This document shows, in pieces, positions 63,915-64,000 of a stretch of 64,000 nucleotides of DNA. The stretch spans positions 33,884,993-33,948,992 of the forward strand of contig NC_068984.1 of the NCBI RefSeq assembly GCF_001194135.2. Direction: 5' to 3'. A model generated the notes under the pieces. That model worked only from the letters and a program-made list of their open reading frames with translations, did no database searches and had not been told where the DNA came from. Source of the DNA: Octopus bimaculoides (lineage: Eukaryota). Positions within the stretch are counted from its first letter, which is position 1, and every line of letters begins with the position of its first letter. A program made the translations under genes and the position numbers.

Positions 63915-64000
63915 CTTCATAAAAGCCTAAAATGTCCAACCAAATCAGTACTCTGCCTTCCATATTTGTCATTGAATATAATCCTTTTTGAATATGAATG
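63915..64000 (-). CDS. Candidate exon continuing beyond the window edge (..IHIQKGLYSMTNMEGRVLIWLDILGFYE)
   Basis: Consensus donor AAG|gtatgt at 63915/63914; one frame is open to the window end. No recognised homology. Confidence 0.27.

Larger units (their letters stand above)
1..64000. repeat. Pervasive microsatellites: (TA)n, (CA/TG)n, (GA/CT)n, (TACA)n, (GATA)n e.g. 4840-4892, (CAT)n e.g. 62583-62655
   Basis: Directly visible in most kilobases. They generate the THTH, YIYI, CVCV and SLSL ORFs in the track. Confidence 0.98.

Overview
AT-rich eukaryotic draft-assembly sequence saturated with microsatellites (TA, CA, GA, GATA, ATT, CAT) and 12 N-gaps. The repeat content (tRNA-headed SINEs with internal microsatellites, RTE, CR1, Penelope and R4-type LINE remnants) resembles an octopus genome; this is inferred from recalled repeat families, not from a search. 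I found no intact, recognisable protein-coding gene, rRNA, tRNA or CRISPR. Most ORFs in the supplied track are microsatellite or N-gap artefacts. Supported features are mobile-element remnants: an internally deleted Helitron ending in a complete mini-Helitron (14.36-16.0 kb), a 5'-truncated R4/Dong-type retrotransposon (28.0-29.66 kb) in an (ATT)n-rich cluster with two tandem ~550-bp non-coding units, two Penelope-like remnants, two Tc1/mariner remnants, several RTE and CR1-type fragments, palindromic MITE-like foldbacks, a hAT-type MITE and many SINEs. A few short candidate exons have good splice signals and open frames, but I cannot assign them to a known gene. The best leads are the Helitron architecture and the ATT-associated element cluster. 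I see no firm evidence of a new biological system.
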